From Terriglobales bacterium (GTDB lineage: Bacteria; Acidobacteriota; Terriglobia; Terriglobales; Acidobacteriaceae), in the NCBI GenBank assembly GCA_038236965.1, contig JBBRZF010000005.1:1-44394 (forward strand): 44,394 bases of DNA, read 5' to 3'. The notes under the pieces are model-generated. The model was not told the DNA's origin, made no database searches, and was given only the letters and a program-made list of their open reading frames with translations. This document shows positions 18,295-26,458 of this stretch, piece by piece (position 1 is the first letter of the stretch; each line of letters begins with the position of its first letter). Made by a program: the position numbers and the translations under genes.

Positions 18295-18489
18295 GAATGG
18301 CATGGCTGAAGTCGTGCCCTGATACAGAGCACCCTTGCTGTTGCAAATTCCCTCAGCGGCTAGAGCCGCGTTGACGGCGACCTTTAATGGCACGGCTAAA
18401 GCCGTGCCCCTTCAAAACATCTTTGCCACTTTATGGCACGAGTGAAGTCGTGTCCTGTCAAAACATCTTTGCAACTTTACGGCAGCTGG
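18295..18489. repeat. Array of 3.5 imperfect tandem units (about 46 nt each), each carrying a GC hairpin (GGCACGGC-TAAA-GCCGTGCC and variants) plus a CAAAACATCTTTGC(C/A)AC tail
   Basis: Read directly in the ruvB-3'/OMP-5' intergenic region: hairpins at 18299-18318, 18389-18408 and 18435-18455, and the repeated tail at 18413-18430 and 18459-18476. Confidence 0.7.
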
Positions 18490-18492
18490 ACT

Positions 18493-19536
18493 TTAGAACA
18501 ATGCGTTTTGTTTGCGCGGGGGCGTGATGCCGAAGTGGTCGTAGGCTAGTTGCGTGACTACGCGTCCGCGCGGAGTGCGGTCGAGGAAGCCTATCTGGAT
18601 GAGGAAGGGCTCGTAGATTTCTTCGATGGCTTCGGCCTCTTCGGCCAAGGCTGCGGCGAGCGTGTTCACGCCGACGGGGCCGCCCTGATATTTCTCGATG
18701 ATGGTGAGCAGCAGTTTGCGGTCGATTTCGTCGAAGCCGTGCTGGTCCACCTCGAGCATTTCGAGTGCGGACTGGGCGGTGGGTTTATCGATGTGTCCGG
18801 CGCCGCGCACCTGCGCGTAGTCGCGCACGCGACGGAGCAGGCGGTTGGCGATGCGCGGTGTTCCGCGACAGCGGCTGGCTATTTCGAAGGCGCCCTCTTC
18901 GTCGATGGCGACTTTGAGGATTTCCGCCGAGCGCTTGATGATGATCTTCAAATCTTCGTGAGTATAGAACTCCATGCGCAGGACGATGCCGAAGCGCGAA
19001 CGCAACGGGGCGGAGAGAAGGCCAGCGCGGGTGGTGGCGCCGATGAAGGTGAAGGGCGAGATCTCAAAAACGTGCGTCCGCGCCGAAGGGCCTTGTCCGA
19101 TGATGATGTCGAGTTTGTAGTCTTCGAGCGCGGAGTAGAGCAATTCTTCTAGCGCCGGTTGCAGGCGATGGACTTCGTCGATGAAGAGCACCTGCTTGTT
19201 CTGCAGGTTGGAGAGGATGGCGGTGAGGTCTCCCTTGATCTGAAGGGTGGGGCCGGAGGTTTGCTGGAACGAGGTGCCGAGTTCGTTGGCGATGATGTTG
19301 GCGAGCGTGGTCTTGCCGAGGCCGGGAGGTCCGTAGAGCAGGACGTGGTCGAGGGCCTCTCCGCGTGAGTTGGCGGCTTCGATGGCTACCTGGAGGTTTT
19401 CCTTGACCTTGGACTGGCCGATGAACTCACGCAGGTATTGCGGGCGCAGCTTGAGTTCGTAGGTGGCGTCGTCCTCGACGACGGCGGCGGAGACGATACG
19501 ATCGCGAAGATCCGGGTTTTCTTTGGAAGATGACAC
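18493..19536 (-). CDS. ruvB: Holliday junction branch-migration ATPase RuvB
   Basis: AAA+ Walker [12 protein letters not shown], Walker [10 protein letters not shown], sensor and arginine-finger regions, and a C-terminal winged helix; GTG start at 19536. No ruvA lies upstream. Confidence 0.95.
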   Translation of the reverse strand: MSSSKENPDLRDRIVSAAVVEDDATYELKLRPQYLREFIGQSKVKENLQVAIEAANSRGEALDHVLLYGPPGLGKTTLANIIANELGTSFQQTSGPTLQIKGDLTAILSNLQNKQVLFIDEVHRLQPALEELLYSALEDYKLDIIIGQGPSARTHVFEISPFTFIGATTRAGLLSAPLRSRFGIVLRMEFYTHEDLKIIIKRSAEILKVAIDEEGAFEIASRCRGTPRIANRLLRRVRDYAQVRGAGHIDKPTAQSALEMLEVDQHGFDEIDRKLLLTIIEKYQGGPVGVNTLAAALAEEAEAIEEIYEPFLIQIGFLDRTPRGRVVTQLAYDHFGITPPRKQNALF

Positions 19537-19594
19537 TGATGGCGATGGTAATCAGAAATGCGAACAAGGGCAATCGGCTACTGCAATGAGTTGG

Positions 19595-19801
19595 TCACTC
19601 CGTCTTTCGGGTGGAGCCGACGTCGGCAAGGAGTTCCTGCTTGATAAGTTTGCCCTCTTCGTAGAAGGCTTGGACGAGACGGACGCGGCTGTTACGGTTT
19701 CCCGCAACGGCAGACGCAACCTCGAAATCAAGGAACGCTGCGACTAGTTCCCAACGATCTCCGGCCTGCGCCCAAATCTCGTATTGATCGAAACTTGCCA
19801 T
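19595..19801 (-). CDS. Hypothetical small protein (68 aa) immediately upstream of ruvB
   Basis: ATG at 19801, MASFDQYEIWAQAGDRWELVAAFLDFEVASAVAGNRNSRVRLVQAFYEEGKLIKQELLADVGSTRKTE. Reasonable GC3 and no SD. It ends 59 nt before the ruvB start in the slot usually occupied by ruvA. Confidence 0.35.
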   Translation of the reverse strand: MASFDQYEIWAQAGDRWELVAAFLDFEVASAVAGNRNSRVRLVQAFYEEGKLIKQELLADVGSTRKTE

Positions 19802-19914
19802 GGTCCGCCCGTACTGCGTACTGCGGGAACTCGCGATCAGTATAGACCTGGGAGCGAAGCTGGCACACGGCAGAGAACCTGGGCAGTCACTTGGCTGGGC
19901 GGATTCAGGGGGAA

Positions 19915-19968
19915 GTAGCGAGTAGCGAGTAGGGAGTAGCGAGTAGGAGTAGCGAGTAGGAGTAGCGA
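19915..19968. repeat. Heptamer tandem repeat (GTAGCGA / GTAGG(G)A), 8 units
   Basis: Direct reading: gtagcga gtagcga gtaggga gtagcga gtagga gtagcga gtagga gtagcga. It lies about 115 nt upstream of the small ORF / ruvB unit. Confidence 0.85.
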
Positions 19969-19976
19969 ACGAAAAG

Positions 19977-20012
19977 GGGCGCGGAGTGATAGCCGCGCCT
20001 TTGGTTTGCTTC
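19977..20012. terminator. Bidirectional terminator hairpin (GGGCGCGG-AGTGATAG-CCGCGCC + TTTGGTTTGCTTC)
   Basis: It lies 26 nt downstream of the BON-gene stop on the minus strand, where it is followed by CCTTTTCG. The plus-strand side has the better U-run. Confidence 0.65.
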
Positions 20013-20024
20013 AACTAGTAGATC

Positions 20025-20540
20025 TCAGGCTGCTTGCAGGTGTTCAAGGCGTTCCCTTCCACGAATGCCGTCGTCGTCTGAGAGTTCGCGGATGTTGCGC
20101 TTGTCTTCGGCTTGTACGTAGTAAGTTGCGACGCCGCGGGTTTTGCGCAAACGGCGTCCGATGGTTACGGCCTCGGCGGAGGGAATGTTTCCCCAGACGG
20201 TGACGTGTCCATCGCGTACATCCATCTCGACATGATTCAAGCTGCAGACGTGTCCGAGTTGAGCGCGCACGCGAGCGAGCAAGATGTCGTTGGGGAGAAT
20301 CTGGTCGCGCATCATGGCCCAGTATTCGGCGGCAGTTCCGCCGACATGCCTGCTGGCGCTTACTACCTGTTTGCCGGCAAAATTTGCGGATGCCGTTGCA
20401 CCATGCGCAAACTTTCCACGAATCCAGTTTCGCCGTGCAGCACCGCTTCGTCCGTCCAAAAGTGCGGTGAGAGCGGCGCCACAGAGCGCGCCGGCAATAA
20501 AGGCAGCTGAGTTCCTACGGGTTTTGCGGCTTACTCTCAT
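20025..20540 (-). CDS. BON-domain (OsmY-like) protein
   Basis: ATG at 20540 with a GGAGG RBS 7 nt upstream. N-terminal hydrophobic segment AAFIAGALCGAALTALL and a C-terminal BON-like segment LARVRAQLGHVCSLNHVEMDVRDGHVTVWGNIPSAEAV. Confidence 0.7.
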   Translation of the reverse strand: MRVSRKTRRNSAAFIAGALCGAALTALLDGRSGAARRNWIRGKFAHGATASANFAGKQVVSASRHVGGTAAEYWAMMRDQILPNDILLARVRAQLGHVCSLNHVEMDVRDGHVTVWGNIPSAEAVTIGRRLRKTRGVATYYVQAEDKRNIRELSDDDGIRGRERLEHLQAA

Positions 20541-20681
20541 GATGGCCTCCGTACCTGCTGTGAGATGACGGAAAAGACATACGGGGCGGGGGAAATCGAG
20601 AGATAAAGAAGAAAGCCCCACCTATGCCAAGCTGCTGGACAAAGGTGAGGCGTTCGTAAATCGAAGAAGCAAAAACTGTTC

Positions 20682-22787
20682 TTAGTCTTCTTCTTCCACT
20701 TCTTCGCCCTTGGCAAGCTTGGCGGCAGCAACGATCTTTTCCTGCTGCACGGCGGGGACGAAGTCGTAGTGGTCCATTTCCATGTTGAAGCTGCCGCGGC
20801 CTTGCGTCATGGAGGTAAGGTCGGTTCCGTAGGTGAGCATCTCGCTCATGGGGGCGTGCGCCTTGACCACGGTGTTTCCGCCCTTGTTGTCCATGCCCTG
20901 TATGCGTCCGCGACGAGAGTTGAGATCGCCCATGATGGCCCCGGCGAATTCGTCGGGAATGGTGATCTCGACACTCATTACGGGTTCGAGCAGGGTTGGC
21001 TTGGCAATCTCCATGGCCTTTTTGAAAGCGATGCGTCCGGCTTTTTTGAAGGACATTTCGTTGGAATCGACGTCGTGATAGGAGCCGTCGTAGAGGGTGA
21101 CGCGGAAATCGACGACCGGGAAGCCGGCGAGGAATCCACGGGCTGCGCCTTCGACGATCCCCTTTTCGACGGCGGGAATGAAGTTCTTGGGAATGGAGCC
21201 GCCGAAGATGTCGTTGACGAATTCGAACTTGCCACCGCGCGGCAAGGGATCCATTTTGATTTTGCAATCGCCGAACTGACCGTGTCCGCCGGATTGCTTT
21301 TTGTGGCGGCCCTGCACGTCGGCGTGTCCGCGAATGGTTTCGCGATACGGAACCTTGGGCGCCTTGAGCACGACTTCCGTGTGGTAGCGCTTCTTCAGTT
21401 TGCTGACGATGACCTCGATGTGCTGCTGTCCGGTTCCGGCGATGAGGATGTCATTGGTCTGCGCGTCGCGGAAGAAGCGCAGCATGATGTCCTCTTCCAT
21501 GAGCTTGTGTACACCGACGCCGAGTTTGTCTTCGTCGGCGCGGGTCTTGGGCTCGATGGCAAAGGTGATGGCAGGTTCGGGGAAGGTGACCACCGGGAAG
21601 ACGATGGGCGCGGATTTGTCGCCGAGCGAATCTCCGGTGAGTGTGTCTTTCAACTTTGCGACGACGCCGATGTCTCCGGCATGAAGTTCCTGGACGGGAA
21701 CGGCGTTCTTGCCCTGCAAGATGGAAAGATGGGCGAACTTTTCCGTGGTGCTGCGGGTGAAGTTCTGAACGGCGGCATCGTTCTTGAGAACCCCGCTGTA
21801 CACCTTGAAATAGGTGATGCGTCCGGAGAAGGCGTCGCTCATGGTCTTGAAGGCGAAGAGCGAAAGCGGATCGCTGTCGGTGGTTTTGCGAACGGCGGGA
21901 GCGCCATTGCCTTCGGCGGCTGCGGCAGCGACGGTTTCGCGTTCTGAGGCGGTGGGCAGGTAGTCGACGATGAAGTCGAGGACTTCGTCGGTTCCCATGT
22001 TGCCGAGGCCGGAGGAGAAAAGTACAGGGAAGATCTTGTCTTCGCGAATCGCGTTGTGGAGACCGCCGATGATGTGCTCTTCGGCGATGGTGCCGGTGTT
22101 GAAGAACTCTTCCATGAGAGAGTCATCGCCTTCGGCGACGAGTTCGACAAGGGCTTCGTGCGCTGCCTTGGCTTCTTCCGCCATATTGGCCGGGATATCG
22201 CCGACGGTGGCTTTACCGTTGCCGCTCATCTCGTAGGTGTAAGCCTTCATCTTGACGAGATCGATGACGCCGGTGAAAGTTTTTTCCGAGCCGATGGGAA
22301 GTTGCACAGGGACGACGGTGCGTCCGAAGGTGCTGGTGAGCGATTCCATGACGCGAGTGAAGTCCGCGCGTTCGCGGTCCATGCGAGTACAAACGACCAT
22401 GCGCGGCAATTTCAATTCTTCGGCGTAGCCCCATATCTTCTGGGTGACGACCTGGACGCCGCTGACGGCATCCACCACCACGATGGAGGCTTCGACGGCG
22501 GGCATCACCATTTCGGATTCATGGACGAACTGGTTGAATCCGGGCGTATCGATGATGTTGATCTTGGTCTTGCCCCACTCGGCATAGGCGAGCGAACTGG
22601 CGGTGGTCATCTGTCGGGCGATCGCTTCTTCGTCGTAATCGGTGACAGTGGTGCCATCGTCGACGCGGCCTAAACGCTGCGTGGATCCGGCGGTGAACAA
22701 CATGGCTGAAACAAGGGAAGTTTTGCCGGAATGAGAATGGCCTACCACGGCCACATTGCGGATATTCGCGCCTTCGTAACTCTTCAC
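20682..22787 (-). CDS. Elongation factor G family translational GTPase (EF-G paralog)
   Basis: GTG start at 22787 with a TAAGGAGT RBS 6 nt upstream (the track ORF extends to an upstream GTG). It has G1 AVVGHSHSGKTSL, DTPG, and EF-G domains II-V. The sequence diverges from canonical FusA (GHSHSGKTS instead of AHIDAGKTT), consistent with an EF-G2-type paralog. Confidence 0.93.
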   Translation of the reverse strand: MKSYEGANIRNVAVVGHSHSGKTSLVSAMLFTAGSTQRLGRVDDGTTVTDYDEEAIARQMTTASSLAYAEWGKTKINIIDTPGFNQFVHESEMVMPAVEASIVVVDAVSGVQVVTQKIWGYAEELKLPRMVVCTRMDRERADFTRVMESLTSTFGRTVVPVQLPIGSEKTFTGVIDLVKMKAYTYEMSGNGKATVGDIPANMAEEAKAAHEALVELVAEGDDSLMEEFFNTGTIAEEHIIGGLHNAIREDKIFPVLFSSGLGNMGTDEVLDFIVDYLPTASERETVAAAAAEGNGAPAVRKTTDSDPLSLFAFKTMSDAFSGRITYFKVYSGVLKNDAAVQNFTRSTTEKFAHLSILQGKNAVPVQELHAGDIGVVAKLKDTLTGDSLGDKSAPIVFPVVTFPEPAITFAIEPKTRADEDKLGVGVHKLMEEDIMLRFFRDAQTNDILIAGTGQQHIEVIVSKLKKRYHTEVVLKAPKVPYRETIRGHADVQGRHKKQSGGHGQFGDCKIKMDPLPRGGKFEFVNDIFGGSIPKNFIPAVEKGIVEGAARGFLAGFPVVDFRVTLYDGSYHDVDSNEMSFKKAGRIAFKKAMEIAKPTLLEPVMSVEITIPDEFAGAIMGDLNSRRGRIQGMDNKGGNTVVKAHAPMSEMLTYGTDLTSMTQGRGSFNMEMDHYDFVPAVQQEKIVAAAKLAKGEEVEEED

Positions 22788-23395
22788 GAATGACTCCTTA
22801 GATTGGGGCCATTCCGCTGCCGTCGCGTGCCGAGACACGTGCGGCTATCGACTGCGCAGGGAACTGCGCGCTATGGGTGGAGTGCCTCGGCACAAAATCG
22901 TGACGGGAACTCAACGTACTGCCACCCATCTCACGCTGTAAAGCGCGGTTGGGAAACCCCGGTTGAACAGCCCGGAATGGCGGTCCGCGGGGATCAAGGT
23001 CTGACAAGACTTTGATCCGGGTGGAGAGTCACTCCCTAACCGAGGGCGGAAGGGCAGGCACCATGTCTCGCGGCATGGTGGACTACTTTGAGTAACGCGA
23101 AATCGTAGCACAGCGGTTTTGGAAGGAAAAGCGCTTCTGAGGCGGGAGCGGCAATTCCCTTCCCAATCCAGATTTATTTTACGAAAAAGCGCCGAACAGT
23201 TCGACTCTGGTTCTTCGACTCCGGAAAGTTGCGACCGGGGAGAAGGGTGGCGCATCTTACGTAAGGTCAGAGACCCCAATGGGTATGCTTCGGGATGCTC
23301 TTCTACTGAGGCGTGTCTTTCGGGCAGCATCTTCGGGTAACATGGGGGAAACAATAACGGAGCGGGAATTGTTGCTCCTTGAGGATACGCACTGC

Positions 23396-24079
23396 ATGAA
23401 TCGTAAATGGATGCTGCTGGCACTCGCCATCATGATGTTGTTAACCGGGCTCAGCGCTTTCGCCGCCGACACCACGGCCCTACGTCCGCCGAAGGGCGCG
23501 AAGGTCGCGATCCTCATATTTGAAGATCTGCAGTGCCCTGATTGTGGTCGCGTCGAGCCCATCATCGAAGAAGCAGCGAAGACTTACAAGATTCCGATCG
23601 TCCGCCACGACTTCCCTCTGCCGCAGCATAACTGGAGCTTCGACGCGCATATCCTGGCACGGTATTTCGATACGTTCTCGCCGGAGTTGGGCGAGGAATG
23701 GCGCCGCTATTGCCTGAAGAACCAACCCAGCATCACGAAGAATAATTTGCAGGGCATCGCTACGAACTTCGCTTCGCAACATGGGAAGACGATACCCGTG
23801 TTCATCGATCCGAAGGGTGAACTGGCAGCCAAGGTGAAGTCGGATTTCGCTTTGGGGCAGCGCGTTGGCGTGGAACATACGCCGACCATCTACATCGTAA
23901 GCAACACGCAACGCGGAACTCCGTTCGTGGAAGTGGTGGACCGTACGCAGCTTTATCAACTGATCGACCAGATGATGAAGGGCGCGGAAGAGGTTCCGGC
24001 AGAGAAGGCCAAGACTCCGGCCAAGACGACCAAGAAGGCCGCGGCCAAGAAGACAACGAAGACGGAAGCGAAGAAATAG
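23396..24079 (+). CDS. DsbA-family thioredoxin-fold protein (CPDC active site) with a Lys/Ala/Thr-rich histone-H1-like C-terminal tail
   Basis: ATG at 23396 (GAGGAT upstream). Signal peptide MNRKWMLLALAIMMLLTGLSAFAA. Active-site FEDLQCPDCGR. C-terminal tail AEKAKTPAKTTKKAAAKKTTKTEAKK. Confidence 0.85.
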   Translation: MNRKWMLLALAIMMLLTGLSAFAADTTALRPPKGAKVAILIFEDLQCPDCGRVEPIIEEAAKTYKIPIVRHDFPLPQHNWSFDAHILARYFDTFSPELGEEWRRYCLKNQPSITKNNLQGIATNFASQHGKTIPVFIDPKGELAAKVKSDFALGQRVGVEHTPTIYIVSNTQRGTPFVEVVDRTQLYQLIDQMMKGAEEVPAEKAKTPAKTTKKAAAKKTTKTEAKK

Positions 24080-24100
24080 TTTTGCGTGGCAGGATTCGGA

Positions 24101-24128
24101 GCCCGCCCGAGTGGCGGGCTTTTCTGTG
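24101..24128 (+). terminator. Rho-independent terminator of the DsbA-like gene
   Basis: GCCCGCC-CGAGT-GGCGGGC followed by TTTTCTGTG, 22 nt after the stop. Confidence 0.8.
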
Positions 24129-24131
24129 TAG

Positions 24132-24167
24132 AAAAAACGAACCCCGCCTGGGCGACAGGCGGGGTTC
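24132..24167 (-). terminator. Rho-independent terminator of the Sec-peroxiredoxin gene
   Basis: GAACCCCGCCTG-TCGCC-CAGGCGGGGTTC followed by GTTTTTTC on the minus strand, 20 nt after the stop at 24188. The two convergent genes have separate, non-overlapping terminators. Confidence 0.8.
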
Positions 24168-24187
24168 GGTGAATATCTACTACTTCC

Positions 24188-24676
24188 CTATTTCAATTTT
24201 TCCAGCACGGCAAAAACTTCGTTGTTCTCTGGTTGCTGGTCAAGCGGGTAGACCTTGGCGTGAGCCAGGATTCCCTGCTTGTCGATGATGAAGAGAGCAC
24301 GTTCGTTGATGCCGGGAACAGGCGGCCCTTCGCGAAGGATGCCGTACCTGGTGGCGACAGCGCCGTGGGGATAGAAATCGCTGCACAAAGGATATTTGAG
24401 CCAGCCGATGTCACGCTTCTGCCAAGCGACATGACTGGGAATGGAATCTACGCTAATGCCCACGACCTGGGCATCGTAGCCGGCGAACTTATCGAGGTCC
24501 GCATTGTAGGCCGGCATTTGGGCGGTTCAAACCGGTGTCCAGTCGAGCGGATAAAAGGCGAGGACGACGTTCTGTTTGCCGCGGTAATCGCTCAAACGAA
24601 AAGTCATCTTTTCGTTTCCGACGACGGCGGGAACTTCGAAGTCCGGAGCCTGGTCGCCCACTTTCAGTGGTGCCAT
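24188..24676 (-). CDS. bcp: Bcp/PrxQ-type peroxiredoxin with an in-frame TGA at the peroxidatic-Cys position (candidate selenocysteine peroxiredoxin, 162 aa)
   Basis: ATG at 24676 with a GGAGGA RBS. Translation reads [49 protein letters not shown]-[TGA at 24527-24529, codon 50][16 protein letters not shown]... and continues in frame into the 109-aa track ORF (24188-24517). E. coli Bcp reads MNPLKAGDIAPKFSLP...VLVYFYPKAMTPGCTVQACG, so the TGA aligns exactly with the catalytic Cys. There is no resolving Cys five residues downstream. Confidence 0.75.
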
Positions 24677-24941
24677 TTTGATCCTCCGCAAAGTACGAAG
24701 TGCTATGGAGTCCTTGGTGGTTCACGACGATTCTAGTCTTGTGGGCACTCGGCGGGCAAGTTCGAGGCACGGCAGCGACAAAATTATGACGGTGGGCAGG
24801 AAAACGCCGCAGCTTTGGGGAGGCATCGTAGAGGCATGGCCGTTGTGTGCGGAGAAGTGTCTCTGCGCCTGTTCATAACCGCATTCCTGGAAGCGTCAAC
24901 GGCGCGCTACGCAAGTTGCCGGGTGATCGAGGAGGATTAAG

Positions 24942-25862
24942 ATGTTCGGATTTTCCCGCTATAACTACGAAGAGTTCGACCGTAATACTTTGGCGAAAGA
25001 CTTCTTGAAGAGCAAATTCGGCGATGCGCCGGAACCGGGCGAACGCGCGCCGGACTTCGAGTTACGCACCGTGGAGGGGAACAAGATACGGCTTGCGGAT
25101 TTCAAGGGCGAGAAGAACGTGGTGCTCACGTTCGGGTCGGCAACGTGTCCGCTGACGTCGAGTTCGATTTCCGACTTGAACGATCTTTATAACGATTACG
25201 CAGGAGAGGATGTGGAGGGGCTGTTCGTCTACGTGCGCGAAGCGCATCCGGGCGAAGAGATGCCGGCACATGCGTCGATGGCGGATAAAGTGGCTGCGGC
25301 AGAACTGTTCCGCGCGGAAGAAGAGATAGAAATTCCCGTGCTGATCGACGATATCAACGGGAAGGCGCATCGCCGATATGGATCGCTGCCGAATCCGACA
25401 TTCCTGATCGACAAGAGTGGTCGCATCGCATTCCGCTCGCTGGCTACGCGCCCGAGCGTGATTGCCGACGCGCTGGATGAACTGCTGGAGCGTCAGGAGG
25501 AACGAGGCACGGAACATGCGGTGGTGCATGGAGGAGAAGACTCGGCGATGCCATCGCTGAAATCGTTTTTCCATGTGCATCGCGCGCTGCAGCGGGGCGG
25601 GAATAGAGCAGTGAAAAATTTCGAACGCGAGATGGGCATACCGGGAAAAGTTGCGGTGACGGCGAGTCGCATTGCGCGACCGCTGGCGGATAATCCGGGC
25701 ACGGTCGCCGGAACCGCACTGGCCGTCGTGGGCGTAGTCGGACTGGGATTGTGGGCGGGACTTGCCTTGCGTAAGCGTCGCTTCAATCAGACGCCGTACC
25801 GGTTCCCGAAGTACGGTCGGCGCGCGGATGGGCCCGATGATTACGAGGCGGTGGGAATTTAG
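24942..25862 (+). CDS. Iodothyronine-deiodinase-like thioredoxin-fold protein (Cys form, FGSATCP) with a C-terminal TM anchor
   Basis: GAGGAGGAT RBS before the ATG. APDFELRTVEGNKIRLADFKGEKNVVLTFGSATCPLTS matches the deiodinase active-site signature FGS(C/A)T(U/C)P, family assignment from memory. C-terminal hydrophobic helix GTVAGTALAVVGVVGLGLWAGLAL then a basic tail. Confidence 0.7.
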   Translation: MFGFSRYNYEEFDRNTLAKDFLKSKFGDAPEPGERAPDFELRTVEGNKIRLADFKGEKNVVLTFGSATCPLTSSSISDLNDLYNDYAGEDVEGLFVYVREAHPGEEMPAHASMADKVAAAELFRAEEEIEIPVLIDDINGKAHRRYGSLPNPTFLIDKSGRIAFRSLATRPSVIADALDELLERQEERGTEHAVVHGGEDSAMPSLKSFFHVHRALQRGGNRAVKNFEREMGIPGKVAVTASRIARPLADNPGTVAGTALAVVGVVGLGLWAGLALRKRRFNQTPYRFPKYGRRADGPDDYEAVGI

Positions 25863-25871
25863 AGAGACATC

Positions 25872-25994
25872 GGGTAATTGGGTAATTTGTAAATTGGTAA
25901 TTTGAAGATCAAAGGCAGAGGGCGCGGAGGAATCGAAGGACAATTGAGTCATTGGGTTATTGAGTCATTTGGGTTATTGAGTCATTGAGTCAAG
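25872..25994. repeat. Left boundary repeats of the low-GC cassette: (GGTAATT)x4, a partial GGGCGCGGAGGAATC copy, then (TTGAGTCATT[T]GGGTTA)x3.5
   Basis: Direct reading; the TTGAGTCAT units are the reverse complement of the AATGACTCA units at 26578-26625. Confidence 0.75.
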
Positions 25995-26026
25995 TAAACC
26001 CAGTGAAGATTGAGGATCAATGGCAA

Positions 26027-26059
26027 GGGCGCGGAGGAATCCGCGCCCTTTGTTGTTTC
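26027..26059 (+). terminator. Terminator hairpin A (GGGCGCGG-AGGAAT-CCGCGCCC + TTTGTTGTTTC), identical to hairpin B
   Basis: A 33-nt exact duplicate of 26545-26577, with an 8-bp GC stem and a U-rich tail. A degenerate third copy (GGGCGCGGAGGAATC) is at 25920-25934. Confidence 0.75.
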
Positions 26060-26092
26060 TACGGTCGAACGAAATTTGAATTTGGTGGTGGT

Positions 26093-26458
26093 ATGGGGAT
26101 ATCTCGCCAGCTAACTTCTCACGGCGTAGTGTATTGTTGGCAGGTCACGATGCTGCGCTCTGAACTTTGGTGTGGATGTGTCGAGTTGAAGCCACTAGAC
26201 CGTGCTGAATACGGCGCGGCAGGAGCGTTTACGAACATCATCACTTGGGCGCGAGATGCGGAGGAGTTCCGCAGTAAAGCAGACACCATCGCAACGAGCC
26301 TCAAGATGTACGTCGCACAAACAGAAAAAGTTGAACCAGTCGGAGATTACTCTGATGAATGGCCAGAGGAATTCGAAGACATGGTTAGACGTGCCGAGTC
26401 AAATCCGAATGCCATTATCTATGGCACTTTTCATAACTATCCACACGACCAAGCCTAA
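26093..26458 (+). CDS. Hypothetical acidic protein in the low-GC cassette (103-121 aa; start 26093 or 26150)
   Basis: ORF with markedly lower GC (about 50%) than its neighbours. ...MLRSELWCGCVELKPLDRAEYGAAGAFTNIITWARDAEEFRSKADTIATSLKMYVAQTEKVEPVGDYSDEWPEEFEDMVRRAESNPNAIIYGTFHNYPHDQA. The 157-aa track ORF begins before hairpin A and is probably too long. No recognisable domain. Confidence 0.35.
   Translation: MGISRQLTSHGVVYCWQVTMLRSELWCGCVELKPLDRAEYGAAGAFTNIITWARDAEEFRSKADTIATSLKMYVAQTEKVEPVGDYSDEWPEEFEDMVRRAESNPNAIIYGTFHNYPHDQA

Noticed and set aside
22839-23395. Searched the long EF-G upstream region for RNase P RNA, tmRNA, SRP RNA or 6S RNA.
   Set aside because: Only weak resemblance (for example GGAAGGGCAGGCACC versus the RNase P GGGCAGGUAA box). 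No coherent set of conserved regions was found, so no ncRNA is called.
24517-24529. The TGA interrupting the peroxiredoxin could be a pseudogene or sequencing error rather than Sec.
   Set aside because: I do not fully reject this alternative. I disfavour it because the stop falls exactly on the catalytic Cys codon, the frame is maintained on both sides, the upstream part has its own RBS/ATG, and the downstream gene has its own terminator. It still needs a SECIS and sel-gene check.
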